Origin: Candidatus Aenigmatarchaeota archaeon
Lineage (GTDB): Archaea; Aenigmatarchaeota; Aenigmatarchaeia; CG10238-14; SpSt-28
Direction: 5' to 3'
Assembly: GCA_038997165.1 (NCBI GenBank)
Contig: JAWBAK010000001.1
Span: 472,917 to 536,916 of the forward strand
DNA length: 64,000 bases
The notes beneath the pieces are model-generated. The model saw only the letters and a program-made list of their open reading frames with translations. It searched no databases and was not told the origin of the DNA. This document shows, piece after piece, positions 1-15,406 of the stretch. Each line of letters begins with the position of its first letter. Position 1 is the stretch's first letter. The translations under genes were made by a program, and so were the position numbers.

Positions 1-2
1 AA

Positions 3-224
3 AAAATTATAAATTTACAAAATCTTTCAAATTTAATTGATAGATTAATTTTTAATGGAGAAATAAATGAAAATAATATAGAAATAGATTTAAATAAATT
101 TGGCTATGAAAAGTTAGTTTCAAAAGGTGAAATTAATAAAAGAATTATTGTAAAAGTAAAAAGTGCATCAAAAAAAGCTATTGAAAAAATAGAAAAAGTG
201 GGAGGTAAAGTTATTTTAACTTAA
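3..224 (+). CDS. rpl15: 50S ribosomal protein uL15, C-terminal part (5' truncated by window edge)
   Basis: Manual translation: ...IDLNKFGYEKLVSKG...IIVKVKSASKKAIEKIEKVGGKVILT*; lies immediately upstream of secY as in the canonical operon. Confidence 0.9.
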   Translation, partial: KIINLQNLSNLIDRLIFNGEINENNIEIDLNKFGYEKLVSKGEINKRIIVKVKSASKKAIEKIEKVGGKVILT

Positions 225-227
225 AGT

Positions 228-1661
228 ATGAATATAGATATAGAAAAAATAGTTTCATATTTTCCTTCTGTAGAAAAATTAAAAAGAGGTTTATCCTTTA
301 AAGAAAAATTGAAATGGATGTTAATTATTCTATTGGTTTATTTTTTTCTTTATCATATTCCATTAATTGGAATTCTCCCAATTTATCAAGCTCCTAATCC
401 TTTAGTTGCTTTATATTCTACATTAACAGGTGCAAGAATTGGAAGTATATTAACTTTAGGTATTGCCCCAATTTTAACTTCTTCTATTATAGTTCAAATT
501 TTAGTTGCTTCAAAAATTATAAGTTGGGATATAAGAGAACCCGAAGAAAGAAAAAAAATTAGAGCATTAGAAAAATTAATGGCTATTATTTTTATATTTG
601 TAGAAGGATTTGTTTTTACATTTTCTATAGGTAATTTTTTTCCTATAAAAAAAGGTTTTGAGTTTTTAATTTTTTTTCAAATTGTTTTGGGAGGATTTAT
701 ATCTTTTCTTTTAGCCGACGCTTTAGATAAAATCGATATTGGAGGAATAAATCTAATAATTTTAGCTGGAATAATTTCTTCATTTTTTATAAGTTTATTT
801 AGTCCGTTTTCTATTTCAAAAAACGGTAATTATATTCTATGGTTTCAAGAAAAAGATGCATATCCAATTGGAAAAGTAATTTCTTTATTTGTAGCAATGC
901 AAAGAAACAATTTTGAAATATTTGTTACAAGTTTTATTTCTTTATTTTCAACATTTTTATTAATTTTCTTTGTAATTTATATTTTAAGATCTATAATAGA
1001 AATTCCCATTCTTCATTTTCAAATTAGAGGTTTTGGAAGACCTTTAGAATTTAGTTTGTTTTATACTTCAGTATTACCAATTATTTTTGGTTCTGCACTG
1101 TTAGCAAATTTAAATTTAATGTTTTTGGCTTCTGCTTCAACTTATATAGATGAATATAGATGCGGAATTTTTGGATGTTTTGATGCTAATAATAATCCAA
1201 TAAGTGGAATTGCTTATTATTTATCTTCTCCTAGAAATTTAATTTTTGAATTTATTGGTTTTGGAAATAGAGAAAAATTGTTTAATGAAATTATAAGGTT
1301 AATAATATTCTTTTTATTTTTTACTTTTATTTTGGTTGTATTTTCTTGGATTTGGACATATACGGCAGGAATGGATCCAGAATCTATTGCAGAAAATTTA
1401 ACATATTATGGGTTTGGAATTAGTGGTTATAGAGTTGATGAAAGAATTGTAAAAGATGTTTTAAATAGATATATTCCTTATTTAACAATTTTAAGTGGAA
1501 TTTTTGGTGCCTTAATAGCTACCTTAGCTGATATTAGTGGAAGCGTTTTAGTTTCGACTTCTTTAATAATTTTAGTTTCTGCATCTTATAACTATTTATT
1601 AATGTTTAAAAGAGAAAGAAGTGAAGATATACCAACTATAATTAAAAAATTTTTAGAATGA
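228..1661 (+). CDS. secY: Preprotein translocase subunit SecY
   Basis: Multi-TM; FKEKLKW, GSILTLGIAPILTSSIIVQIL, FYTSVLPIIF, LNRYIP motifs; follows uL15. Confidence 0.95.
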   Translation: MNIDIEKIVSYFPSVEKLKRGLSFKEKLKWMLIILLVYFFLYHIPLIGILPIYQAPNPLVALYSTLTGARIGSILTLGIAPILTSSIIVQILVASKIISWDIREPEERKKIRALEKLMAIIFIFVEGFVFTFSIGNFFPIKKGFEFLIFFQIVLGGFISFLLADALDKIDIGGINLIILAGIISSFFISLFSPFSISKNGNYILWFQEKDAYPIGKVISLFVAMQRNNFEIFVTSFISLFSTFLLIFFVIYILRSIIEIPILHFQIRGFGRPLEFSLFYTSVLPIIFGSALLANLNLMFLASASTYIDEYRCGIFGCFDANNNPISGIAYYLSSPRNLIFEFIGFGNREKLFNEIIRLIIFFLFFTFILVVFSWIWTYTAGMDPESIAENLTYYGFGISGYRVDERIVKDVLNRYIPYLTILSGIFGALIATLADISGSVLVSTSLIILVSASYNYLLMFKRERSEDIPTIIKKFLE

Positions 1662-2029
1662 GTTTTTTAGTAATTTTAATATTTGCAATGTTTTATTCAA
1701 TTTTTTCTACTATTATAGATTTTTTTGTTGAAAGAGATAAAGAAATTCAAAAAATATCTAAAAAAATTGAAAGTTATTTAAAGAAAAACTTAAAAGAAAA
1801 GGCGTTCGAAAATTACCTCAAACTTTTTGAGAATATGAAAAAATATATTATTTTAAATATTTCTATAGGAGTTTTTATATTTATAATTCTTTTGCTTCTA
1901 TTAAATAATACTCAAATATTAATGCCAGTTTTAAATATATCAATTAGTTGGTTTTGGATTTATATAATTTTTTGCTTAATCTTTAAATATTTTTTTAAAC
2001 TAATTTTTAAAGCATGGGAAAAGAAGTAA
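1658..2029 (+). CDS. Small membrane protein, probable shortened DUF106/EMC3-like (Oxa1 superfamily)
   Basis: TM-coiled coil-TM-TM layout ending in W..WIYI..C; sits between secY and L34e where DUF106 normally lies. Confidence 0.6.
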   Translation: MSFLVILIFAMFYSIFSTIIDFFVERDKEIQKISKKIESYLKKNLKEKAFENYLKLFENMKKYIILNISIGVFIFIILLLLLNNTQILMPVLNISISWFWIYIIFCLIFKYFFKLIFKAWEKK

Positions 2030-2217
2030 AAGTATATGGATTTGTAAGATGTGCAAAATGTAGGGGAATAATACATGGAGTTCCTAAAGCTCATAAGTTA
2101 AAAAAATTATCATTATCTAAAAAAAGGGTTGAAAGAATATTTGGTGGTTATCTATGTTCAAAATGTGCTAGAGAAACTATTAAAGAAAAAATAAGAAAAA
2201 TATTTAGATTAGTATGA
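2014..2217 (+). CDS. rpl34e: 50S ribosomal protein eL34 (N-terminally shortened)
   Basis: CAKC...HGVP...[16 protein letters not shown] zinc motif. Confidence 0.92.
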   Translation: MGKEVKVYGFVRCAKCRGIIHGVPKAHKLKKLSLSKKRVERIFGGYLCSKCARETIKEKIRKIFRLV

Positions 2218-2822
2218 ATAAGCTATTAATTCCTAGAAAAATTTATTTGAAATATTTTTTACCTCTAGGAAAGGGGAAAAATAATTTGATGAAGAAATTT
2301 ATTTATAAAGAATTGCCTAATGGAAATGTTATTTTAAATATTAGAGAAATAGATAGAAGAATAAGAATGTTAGCTAAATATTTAGTTAATAAGAATGTTA
2401 TGATAATAAATAGAAATAAAAAATATTTTTATGCTTTAAAAAAATTTGAAGAAATAACTGGAATAAAGGTTTATTTAGGAAGATTTTTACCAGGTACTTT
2501 TACTAATTATATGAGTGAAAATTTTAAAGAACCAGATGCAATTTTAGTTTTTGATTTAATAAATGATAATCAAGCAGTTAGAGAGGCTTACGATATGAAC
2601 ATTCCAATTTTTGCTTTATGTAATTCTGTTTCGAATCCTTCTAAAGTAGATTTTATAATTCCTATAAATAATAAAAGTAGAAAATCAATTGCATTATTTT
2701 TATATTTACTAGCTAGAGAAATTTGTTATACTAAAAAAATTATTAAGGATTATAAAGAATTTAAATATAATATTGAAGATTTCATAGAAAAGAGATCAGA
2801 AAAAGAAATTTCTATTAAATAG
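2214..2822 (+). CDS. rps2: 30S ribosomal protein uS2
   Basis: [33 protein letters not shown] motifs. Confidence 0.93.
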   Translation: MNKLLIPRKIYLKYFLPLGKGKNNLMKKFIYKELPNGNVILNIREIDRRIRMLAKYLVNKNVMIINRNKKYFYALKKFEEITGIKVYLGRFLPGTFTNYMSENFKEPDAILVFDLINDNQAVREAYDMNIPIFALCNSVSNPSKVDFIIPINNKSRKSIALFLYLLAREICYTKKIIKDYKEFKYNIEDFIEKRSEKEISIK

Positions 2823-2969
2823 ATTATAAATGTTTATGTTTTTTGATAACTCTTAAACTAATTTTAATCTTTATCGAGATTTATTTAATAAATTTTTTCC
2901 AGTAGATAAATTTTCTTAGAGGAATTTCTAAAATATTTTTTAGGCTCAAAATTTTCAAAAAAATATTTT

Positions 2970-3070
2970 TGCCCCGGCCGGGATTTGAACCCGGGTCTGC
3001 GGCTTTCCTTTCATTAATCAATCCTTTCTGATCGAAAGGCCGCCATCCTTGGCCGCTAGACGACCGGGGC
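2970..3070 (-). tRNA. tRNA-Glu(TTC) with 28-nt intron at 37/38 (intron 3005-3032)
   Basis: Acceptor GCCCCGG/CCGGGGC, anticodon stem GCGGC/GCCGC, CT-TTC-G, TTCAAAT T-loop; BHB with CTTT/AAGG central helix and TCA/TGA outer helix; no encoded CCA. Confidence 0.9.
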
Positions 3071-3114
3071 AAATAATTAACATAAATATTTTTAAAACTT
3101 ATTTATATTTTCTT

Positions 3115-3501
3115 ATGCAACATAATTTACTAGCAGATGCATTATCAAAAATTAAGAATGCAGAAAGAATAGGTAAAAAAGAGGTAATTATAAAAAGAAG
3201 TAAATTAGTAGAAAATGTTTTGAAAGTTATGCAGGAAAATAAATATATTGGAAGATATGAAATAATTCCTGATAATAAACAAGGATTAATAAGAGTTGAA
3301 TTAAAAAACAAAATAGTTGATTGTAATGTGATTTCTCCAAGATTTTCAGTAAAGGTAAATGAAATTGAAAAGTATGAAAAAAGATTTTTACCAGCAAAAG
3401 GAGTTGGTATACTTATTCTAACAACTTCAAAAGGAGTTATTGATAATAAAAAAGCAAAAGAGTTACACATAGGCGGAAAATTATTGGCATATGTTTACTA
3501 A
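3115..3501 (+). CDS. rps8: 30S ribosomal protein uS8 (true start ATG 3115; the longer ORF-track start runs into the tRNA)
   Basis: LADALSKIKNAE...ISPRF...EKRFLPA...TTSKG...GGKLLAYVY. Confidence 0.95.
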   Translation: MQHNLLADALSKIKNAERIGKKEVIIKRSKLVENVLKVMQENKYIGRYEIIPDNKQGLIRVELKNKIVDCNVISPRFSVKVNEIEKYEKRFLPAKGVGILILTTSKGVIDNKKAKELHIGGKLLAYVY

Positions 3502-4066
3502 CACAAAAACAGAAAAAATATATAAGGAAGAAATTGAGATTCCAGAAGATGTAAAAATAGAAATTAAAGATAATAAAATATTTGTAGAAGGAAAGTTTGG
3601 AAAAACTTATAAAGAAATAAAACATATTTCGTTAAATAAAATAATATTTTTTAAAATAGAGAACAACAAGTTTATTGCATATACTTTGAAAACAAAAAAA
3701 GAATACATTGCTATGGTTAATACTATAATCGCGCATGTAAAAAATTTAATTGAGGGTGTAACAAAAGGATACGAATACGTTATGAAAATAGTTTATTCAC
3801 ACTTTCCAATAAAAGTTGAAATTAAAGAAGAAAAAGTATTTATATATAATTTTTTAGGAGAAAAAAGACCTAGAATTGCAAATATAGTTGGAAATACTAA
3901 AGTAGAACTAAAGGAAAGTTATTTAATTGTTAGTGGAAATAATATTGAAGAAGTTGGGCAAACATGTAATAATATCGAGCAAGCGACAAGAATTTCCAAG
4001 TGGGATAGAAGAGTTTTTCAAGATGGAATATTTTTGATCGAAAGAAGAAATATTATAAAAGAATGA
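3491..4066 (+). CDS. rpl6: 50S ribosomal protein uL6
   Basis: GVTKGYEY, YSHFPI, NFLGEKRPR, DRRVFQDGI. Confidence 0.95.
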   Translation: MFTNTKTEKIYKEEIEIPEDVKIEIKDNKIFVEGKFGKTYKEIKHISLNKIIFFKIENNKFIAYTLKTKKEYIAMVNTIIAHVKNLIEGVTKGYEYVMKIVYSHFPIKVEIKEEKVFIYNFLGEKRPRIANIVGNTKVELKESYLIVSGNNIEEVGQTCNNIEQATRISKWDRRVFQDGIFLIERRNIIKE

Positions 4067-4425
4067 ACCCAAGAAAATTACCAGAATTTAAAAGACAATT
4101 AAAAGATTCAGTAAAAAGATTAAAAGGGAAGTGGAGAAAGCCGAGGGGAAAACAAAGTAAGATGAGGCTTCATAAAAAAGGTAAGCCAAAAGTAGTAAGA
4201 ATCGGTTATGGAGCACCAAAAGATTTAAAGTATAAAAATAGGGCAGGTTTTTATGAAATTTTAATAGAAAGTATAAATGATTTAGAAAAAATCAAAAATT
4301 TAGATAGGAATTTATATGCAATAAGAATTTCTTCTAAAATAGGAAAGAAAAAAAGAATTGAAATAGAAAATAAAATAAAAGAACTTGGTTTTAAAATTTT
4401 AAATCCTAAGTATGTTGCTTCCTAA
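4063..4425 (+). CDS. rpl32e: 50S ribosomal protein eL32
   Basis: PEFKRQ...WRKPRGKQSKMR...IGYGAP. Confidence 0.93.
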   Translation: MNPRKLPEFKRQLKDSVKRLKGKWRKPRGKQSKMRLHKKGKPKVVRIGYGAPKDLKYKNRAGFYEILIESINDLEKIKNLDRNLYAIRISSKIGKKKRIEIENKIKELGFKILNPKYVAS

Positions 4426-5104
4426 TCACATTGGAATAATTCCAGATGGTAATAGAAGATGGGCAACAAAAAAAGGATTAGCTCCTTATATAGGTCATTG
4501 GTATGGCGCAAAAAAATTGGAAGAAATATGCAAATTTATCTTTGAATTAGGAATAAAAAAATTAAGCATATATACTTTATCTACTGAAAATTTAAAAAAT
4601 AGAAAAAAAGAAGAAATAAACGAATTATTTAAAATTTTTAAGACATATTTTAGAAAATGGTTAAAAGGAGAGTTCAAGGAAATTGATCTTTATGAAGTTA
4701 AAATAAACTTTTTTGGAAATTTTTTTATCTTACCAAAATCATTAGTAAAACTAATGAAAAAAATAATGCAAAAAACTTCAAAATATAACAAAAGAATTTT
4801 AAATATTCTTATTGCATATGGTGGAACTTATGAAATATTAAGAGCTGTTAAAGAAATGATAAAAAGAAAAGTAAAAATTGAAAAAATTGATGAGAAAGAA
4901 ATAAAGAAATATTTGTTTGTAAAAGATGATGTTGATTTAATAATAAGAACTGGCGGCTATTCAAGATTATCAAATTTTTTACCTTTACAATCTACATATG
5001 CCGAAATTTATGTAACAAAAAAACTTTGGCCTGATATTACTAAAAAAGATATTTTAGATGCAATTAAGTGGTATAGTAGAATTCAAAGAAAATTTGGTAA
5101 ATGA
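4412..5104 (+). CDS. uppS: cis-prenyltransferase (polyprenyl diphosphate synthase)
   Basis: HIGIIPDGNRRWA, STEN, YGG..EI, DLIIRTGG..RLSNFL. Confidence 0.95.
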   Translation: MLLPNHIGIIPDGNRRWATKKGLAPYIGHWYGAKKLEEICKFIFELGIKKLSIYTLSTENLKNRKKEEINELFKIFKTYFRKWLKGEFKEIDLYEVKINFFGNFFILPKSLVKLMKKIMQKTSKYNKRILNILIAYGGTYEILRAVKEMIKRKVKIEKIDEKEIKKYLFVKDDVDLIIRTGGYSRLSNFLPLQSTYAEIYVTKKLWPDITKKDILDAIKWYSRIQRKFGK

Positions 5105-6114
5105 TAATTATTATAGGTGCGGGAATTTCTGGTTTAAGTTTATCCTATTTTTTATCTTCTTTTGGAATAAAAAATTTAGTAATAGAAGTGAAAAAAGATG
5201 TTGGGATTAAGCATAGAAGCACTTGTTTAGTTTCTTCGAAAATTTTTAGATTACTAAAAGTTTTAAGTAAAAATATAATTTTGAAAAATTATAGAGTTGC
5301 AAACTTTTGGTATGAAAATAAAAAAATATTTAGTGTAAAGAGTAAAAAAGAAATGTTTTTATTAGATTATTTACAATTAGAAAAAGAAATATTCAATAAT
5401 ATCGATAAAACATTTTCTAATTTTTTATTCGAAGAAAAAGTTTTAGATGTTAATTTTGACAAAAACATTTTAATTACAAACAAAAGAAAAATAAAATTTG
5501 AATATATTATAGATGCTACAGGAACCTTTTCTTTTTTAGCAAATAAGTTTAATTTGTTTAAATTTAAGAAAATATTTAATTCTTTTGAGATTTTAGCTAT
5601 TCCAAAAAAGAAATTTGAGGATATTAATATATTTTTCGATAGAAAATTTTCAAAAACTAAATTTGGTTGGTATATAGATTTAAGCGGAAAATCACTCATT
5701 GGATTAATTGATCAGAAGTTGGATTTTCAAAAATTTTTGAATTTTATTAAAAAATTCGAAATTGTAAAAATATATTATTCATATTCTCATCCTATATTAT
5801 ATTGTGAATTAAAGAAATTACGATTAAAAAATAGTTTAATAATAGGAGAAGCTGCTGGTCTAATAAAACCATTTAGTTTAGGTGGAATAACTTATGGAAT
5901 AATTTCTTCATTCATTGCAGCTAAAACAATTAAAAATAATGAGATAGAAAAGTATGAAGATAAAATAAGAAAAATCTTTTTAAAGCCAATAATTTTTGGT
6001 AAATTCATAGATAAAATATTAAAATATAAAGTTTTTTTACAAACTATTTATTTTTTTAGATTAAACAATTTATTTAATTTTTTAGATCCTGACTTTATGA
6101 ATATAAACATTTAA
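5101..6114 (+). CDS. FAD-dependent oxidoreductase, geranylgeranyl reductase family
   Basis: GAGISG Rossmann motif, DATG, GEAAG..KPFSLGGI. Confidence 0.75.
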   Translation: MIIIIGAGISGLSLSYFLSSFGIKNLVIEVKKDVGIKHRSTCLVSSKIFRLLKVLSKNIILKNYRVANFWYENKKIFSVKSKKEMFLLDYLQLEKEIFNNIDKTFSNFLFEEKVLDVNFDKNILITNKRKIKFEYIIDATGTFSFLANKFNLFKFKKIFNSFEILAIPKKKFEDINIFFDRKFSKTKFGWYIDLSGKSLIGLIDQKLDFQKFLNFIKKFEIVKIYYSYSHPILYCELKKLRLKNSLIIGEAAGLIKPFSLGGITYGIISSFIAAKTIKNNEIEKYEDKIRKIFLKPIIFGKFIDKILKYKVFLQTIYFFRLNNLFNFLDPDFMNINI

Positions 6115-6520
6115 TTCCTCTACATTCGTAAAATATTTGTTTATCTTTAAAACCTTCGCAAATACCAGCTACTATTATTGTTATTTGTGTTTTATTGCAT
6201 TCGAACTCTATATTTTCAGTTATAATATTTCCAACGTCTAAAACATTTATCATTTTTGTAAGATTTTTTCCTTTATCTAAACAAATAAAATCTATAGTTA
6301 CATTCTCAGATTTTTTTCCAGCTTTGTGTTGTAGAACACAAGTATTTATATGAGTATTATTGTGACTACATTTTAGTTCAATTGTATTCATACAAATATC
6401 TGGAATATTTGATGTTTGAAAAGAAATATAGGAATTAAAAAAATGCCATAAAAAAACAGCAGCTCCAACAGTTATAATTGCTAATAAAACAGTAGCTATT
6501 AATGGACTAATTCCTTTCAT
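6095..6520 (-). CDS. Archaeal type IV pilin-like protein
   Basis: Canonical class III signal peptide MKG|ISPLIATVLLAII; six Cys and several N-x-S/T sequons. Confidence 0.85.
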   Translation of the reverse strand: MKGISPLIATVLLAIITVGAAVFLWHFFNSYISFQTSNIPDICMNTIELKCSHNNTHINTCVLQHKAGKKSENVTIDFICLDKGKNLTKMINVLDVGNIITENIEFECNKTQITIIVAGICEGFKDKQIFYECRGIKCLYS

Positions 6521-6591
6521 AAAAAATAACTTTTACTTAAAAAATTATATATAGTCAAATAAAGGTATAAATATATTTATATAAAATATAT

Positions 6592-6837
6592 ATGGAGGAA
6601 AACAAAAAAAATATAATTTTTAATCATTTTTTATCTCCAAAATATTCGATACTTTCTGAAAATGAAAAAGAAGAACTACTAAAAAAATATAATGTTAAAT
6701 TATCTCAACTACCAAAAATATTTATTGATGATCCTGTAGTTAAAGCTTTGGGAGCAAAAGTTGGTGATATAATAAAAATAGAAAGAAATATATTAGGAAT
6801 AAAATCAATATATTATAGAGTGGTTGTAGAAAGATGA
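6592..6837 (+). CDS. rpoH: RNA polymerase subunit H (Rpo5)
   Basis: QLPKI..DDPV...GDIIKIER...YYRVVV. Confidence 0.96.
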   Translation: MEENKKNIIFNHFLSPKYSILSENEKEELLKKYNVKLSQLPKIFIDDPVVKALGAKVGDIIKIERNILGIKSIYYRVVVER

Positions 6838-8350
6838 ACCAAAATCTATTAATTACATTACTTTTGAAATCGTATATAGAAGAAAATGGATTAGTTAAGT
6901 ATCAAATAGATTCATATAATGATTTTGTGACTAGAAGATTTCCAAAATTAGTTAGAAGTGTTGGAACAGTTAAGCCAGAAATTCCGGAATTAGGAGATAT
7001 AAAAATTCATTTTATAGATGCGAGAGTTAATAATTATCCAACATTTGTAGAAGCTGATGGAGTTGTAAGAGGAGAAAATAATCCATTATTACCATTTGAA
7101 GCAAGAATAAGAGGTTTAACTTATTCTACTCCAATGTATTTAAAAGTTATTACAGAGGTAGGTGGAATTAAAAGTGATCCAATTGAAGTTTATTTTGGTC
7201 AATTACCTGTAATGGTTAAATCGATTATATGTCCGTTATCTAGAATGAGTAGAGAAGAATTGATTAAAGTAAGAGAAGATCCAGATGATCCTGGGGGATA
7301 TTTTATAATTAATGGTGTAGAAAGAAATTTAATTTTGATTGAAGAACTTGCAAATAATAAGCCAATAGTTAGAAAAGTTGATCAAAATAATATAATTGTA
7401 AATTGTAGAGTAAATTCAGAAAGAGAAGGATATATTGTTAAACATCTTTTTGAATTAAAGAAAAACGGAATATTATTAGCTACATTTTCTGCTTTAAGAG
7501 ATTTTCCATTAGTAATTCTATTTAAGGCATTAGGAATAGAAAGTGATGAAACTTTATTAAATTTAATTTCAGAAGATAAAGACGTTCAAGAAGAATTTAT
7601 TATAAATTTATATGAATATCCTATAACTACTCAAGAAGAAGCTTTAGATAAAATTGGAGAATATTTAAAAATTCCTCAAAAAAGATTAAGGAAAGAAAGA
7701 GCTGAAATGATTATAGATAAATACTTTCTTCTTCATTTAGGTCAAACTAAAAAAGATAGAATAAATAAAGCAATATTTTTGGCAAAAATTGTCGAAAGAA
7801 TGTATAAGGTTGCTCTAGGAAAGGAAAAAGAAGATGATATTGATCATTATGCAAATAAAAGAGTAAGATTAGCTGGAGAATTATTTGAAATTTTATTTAG
7901 AACAATTTTAAAAGGAAAGCAAGGAGTAATAAATAGAATGATATTTAATTATCAAAAACTCGCAAAAAGAGGAGGTTTACCTCCAATTCATGCTGCAATA
8001 GATGCAAATTTTGTTACTAATATTGTTCAATCTGTTATGGCAGTAGGAACATGGATTGGAAATAGAACTGGTACATCTCAAAGATTAGAAAGAACTAATT
8101 TCAATAAAACATTAACACATTTAAGAGTTGTTAGCTCTCCACTAAAATCTACACAAGAACATTTTGAAGCTAGAGAGTTGCATCCAACACATTTTGGAAA
8201 ATTATGCCTAGTAGAAACACCAGAAGGACCAACTATAGGTTTGAGAAAACATTTAGCTATTTTTAGTGAAATAACTTTTGGAGTTAGTGATGAAGAAAGA
8301 GAAAAAATAAAAAAATTAATTGAAGAAGACATAGAATATAAAGTTGAATT

Positions 8351-8354
<4 letters not shown>
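6834..8354 (+). CDS. rpoB2: RNA polymerase subunit B'' (Rpo2N)
   Basis: PFEARIRGLTYS, DPGGYFIINGVE, DHYANKRVRLAGEL, ETPEGPTIGLRK. Confidence 0.96.
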
Positions 8355-12599
<4,245 letters not shown>

Positions 12600-12628
<29 letters not shown>

Positions 12629-13727
12629 AATATATGAAAGTTTACCGGAAAATTTGAAGAAAAAAATAGATGATGCTATAAAAAAATTTAATTTAAAAGA
12701 GGAAAAAAAAGAAAAATTAATTTTAAGAGTATATGAAGAATATTTAAAGAATTTAGTTGAACCAAATGAAAGTATTGGAATTTTAACAACTCAAAGTGTT
12801 AGCGAACCAGCAACTCAAGCAACAATGAGAGTATATCATCTTGCTGGTACTGTTGGTTTAAAAATTACACTAGGTTTGCCAAGATTAATAGAGTTATTTG
12901 ATGCAAGAAAGGAAATTTCTTCTCCAACAATGATAATATATTTGAAAGAAGAATATAATAATGAAGAAAAAGCATATGAACTTGCAAATAGTATAATAGA
13001 AAAAAAATTAGAAGATTTAGCTTCTCTAATAATAAATTTAAGTGATTTTACAATAGAAGTAATACCTAATAATAAGGAAGATTTTGAAGAAATATTTGAA
13101 AAATTAAAAGAAAAAACAAAGGTTTGTGAAATTGAAAAGCAAAAAAATAAAATAGTACTAATTCCCAAAAAAGAGTATGAATTTAAAGATTTAAGAATTT
13201 TAAGAGATAGAATTTCAAAAATTACTATTAAAGGGATTAAAGGAATAGAAGCTGCAATAGTTAGCAAAGAAGGAAATAAATGGATTATACAAACTCAAGG
13301 AAGCAATTTAAAGGAAATATTAAAGCATCCTTGGGTTGATGAAACACTAACATATTCAAATAATCCGCATGAAGTTAAAGAAGTATTGGGAATAGAAGCT
13401 GCAAGAAATTTATTATTATTAGAAATATATAAAACATTACAACAACAAGGTTTAGATGTTAATGTAAGATTTTTATCTTTAGTTGCTGATACAATGTGTT
13501 TTAGCGGCGATATAATGCCAATAGGTAGATATGGTGTTGCAGGAAGAAAAGCTAGTGTTTTAGCAAGAGCTGGTTTTGAAGAAACCACAAAACATTTAAT
13601 AGAAGCTGGTGTAAAAAACTTAAAAGATGAATTAAAAGGATCTTTTGAAAATATTATGATTGGAAATATAGCAAAAGTAGGAACAGGAAGAGTAGAAATA
13701 ACAATAAAATATGGAGATAATAAGTGA
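12600..13727 (+). CDS. rpoA2: RNA polymerase subunit A'' (Rpo1C)
   Basis: Trigger-loop region QSVSEPATQ, TLGLPRLIE, LGIEAARN, SVLARAGFE, GTG. Confidence 0.96.
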
Positions 13728-13971
13728 AATAAAAGAAGAAATAAAAAAAGGTAAGGCAATTTATGGATTTAGAAAGTGTTTAAAATATTTAAAGTTAAAT
13801 GATCCTAAATTAGTTATAATAGCAAAAAATATTCCAGAAAATATGAAAAACGACATATTTAGTGCTGTTGAAGATAAGAAAAAAATAGTTCAAGTAGATA
13901 TGAGTAGCATCGAGCTAGGAGTTAGCTTAGGAAAACCATTTCCGATAAGTGTAATAGTAGTTAAAAAATGA
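13711..13971 (+). CDS. rpl30e: 50S ribosomal protein eL30
   Basis: GKAIYG...LVIIAKN...ELGVSLGKPFPIS; canonical position after rpoA''. Confidence 0.9.
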   Translation: MEIISEIKEEIKKGKAIYGFRKCLKYLKLNDPKLVIIAKNIPENMKNDIFSAVEDKKKIVQVDMSSIELGVSLGKPFPISVIVVKK

Positions 13972-14369
13972 GAATTTTTGATAACGAAATAATAAGAATA
14001 ATTAATTTAGTTGAGAATTTATCAAATGTTAATGTAAAAGATGTTGTTATTTTTGATAATGTTATGTATATCGTTGTAGAGAAAAATCAAAGAGAAAAAT
14101 TAATTCATTTATTAGGTATTCTTAAAAAGATTTTAAACAAAGATATTAAAATATTGGAATACTCTTCAAATGTTTTTGAATTTTTAAAAGAATTAATTCC
14201 TTTTGTAAATTTTGTAAAAATAAAAAATTATAATGGAATTAAAGTAGCAGAAATAGGAATTAATAAGGTATATAAAGGAATAGTTTACGGAAGAAATAAA
14301 AGAAAACTTAAGTTATATAAAACTTTATTAGAAAGAATGTATAAAATTAACGAAATTAAAATTATTTAA
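13968..14369 (+). CDS. nusA: Archaeal NusA-like KH-domain protein (divergent)
   Basis: Position between L30e and S12; VKD, KILEYS, KGIVYGRN resemble archaeal NusA. Confidence 0.8.
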   Translation: MRIFDNEIIRIINLVENLSNVNVKDVVIFDNVMYIVVEKNQREKLIHLLGILKKILNKDIKILEYSSNVFEFLKELIPFVNFVKIKNYNGIKVAEIGINKVYKGIVYGRNKRKLKLYKTLLERMYKINEIKII

Positions 14370-14390
14370 ATTTTTATTAATAATTTAATA

Positions 14391-14813
14391 ATGCCAGGAG
14401 AATTTGCTGCAAGAAAATTGATAAAGAATAGAAAAAAATTTAGATGGAGTAAGTATGATTATAAATCTAGAGTTTTAGGTTTATGGAAAATGGATCCATT
14501 AGAAGGAGCACCACAAGCAAGAGGAATTGTAATTGAAAAGAGAGTTGTTGAACAAAAAAGACCCCATTCTGGATTAATAAAATGTGTAAGAGTTAAATTG
14601 ATAAAAAATGGAAGAGAATTGACAGCTTTTGTTCCAAAAAGTGGAAGTATTAATTTTATTAATGAGCATGATGAAGTAATTGTTGAACCATTAGGAGGAG
14701 CGCAAAAAGGTCCAATTGGAAGTATGTGGGGAATAAGATATAAAGTTATCGCAGTTAATGGTGTATCTTTGGATGCAATAAGAAAAGGTAAAAAGCAGAA
14801 GCCAGCAAGATGA
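14391..14813 (+). CDS. rps12: 30S ribosomal protein uS12
   Basis: [39 protein letters not shown]. Confidence 0.97.
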   Translation: MPGEFAARKLIKNRKKFRWSKYDYKSRVLGLWKMDPLEGAPQARGIVIEKRVVEQKRPHSGLIKCVRVKLIKNGRELTAFVPKSGSINFINEHDEVIVEPLGGAQKGPIGSMWGIRYKVIAVNGVSLDAIRKGKKQKPAR

Positions 14814-15406
14814 GCGAACTAAAATTATTCGGTAAATGGGATTGGAACGTTGAAGTAAAAGATATTGGATTAAAAAGATATATAAATCTAAAACCTTGTA
14901 TTATTCCTAGAACATATGGAAGATATAGTCAAATAAGATTTGGTAAAGCAAATATGAATATAGTAGAAAGATTAATTACTAAGATGATGGTACCTGGACA
15001 TAAGGGTAAAAAACATTTAGTTTCTTCAGCTAGATGTGTAGGAAAAACAGAAAAAATTATAAAAATAGTAAAAGAAGTTTTTGAAATAATTGAGAAAAAA
15101 ACTAAGAAAAATCCTATAGAAGTATTGGTAAGAGCTATAGAAAATGCTGCACCATTAGAAGAGCCAATATCTTATCAAGTTGGAGGAATTATTGCTAGAA
15201 CTGCTGTTATAGTTTCTCCGCAAAGAAGAGTTGATTTAGCGTTAAGAAATATTGTAAATTCTTGTTATAGAAGAAAAGTTGGTTTTACTAAAATGTCTGA
15301 ACTTTTAGCAGAAGAAATAATTGCTGCTGCTAATAACGATATTTCGAAAAGTTATGCATTAAAAGAGAAAGAAAGAATAGAAAAAGAAGCTGAAGGTGCT
15401 AAATAA
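14810..15406 (+). CDS. rps7: 30S ribosomal protein uS7
   Basis: [36 protein letters not shown]. Confidence 0.97.
   Translation: MSELKLFGKWDWNVEVKDIGLKRYINLKPCIIPRTYGRYSQIRFGKANMNIVERLITKMMVPGHKGKKHLVSSARCVGKTEKIIKIVKEVFEIIEKKTKKNPIEVLVRAIENAAPLEEPISYQVGGIIARTAVIVSPQRRVDLALRNIVNSCYRRKVGFTKMSELLAEEIIAAANNDISKSYALKEKERIEKEAEGAK

Noticed and set aside
2881..3114. 63-aa minus-strand ORF and the N-terminal extension of the S8 ORF
   Set aside because: They overlap tRNA-Glu; S8 homology starts at ATG 3115
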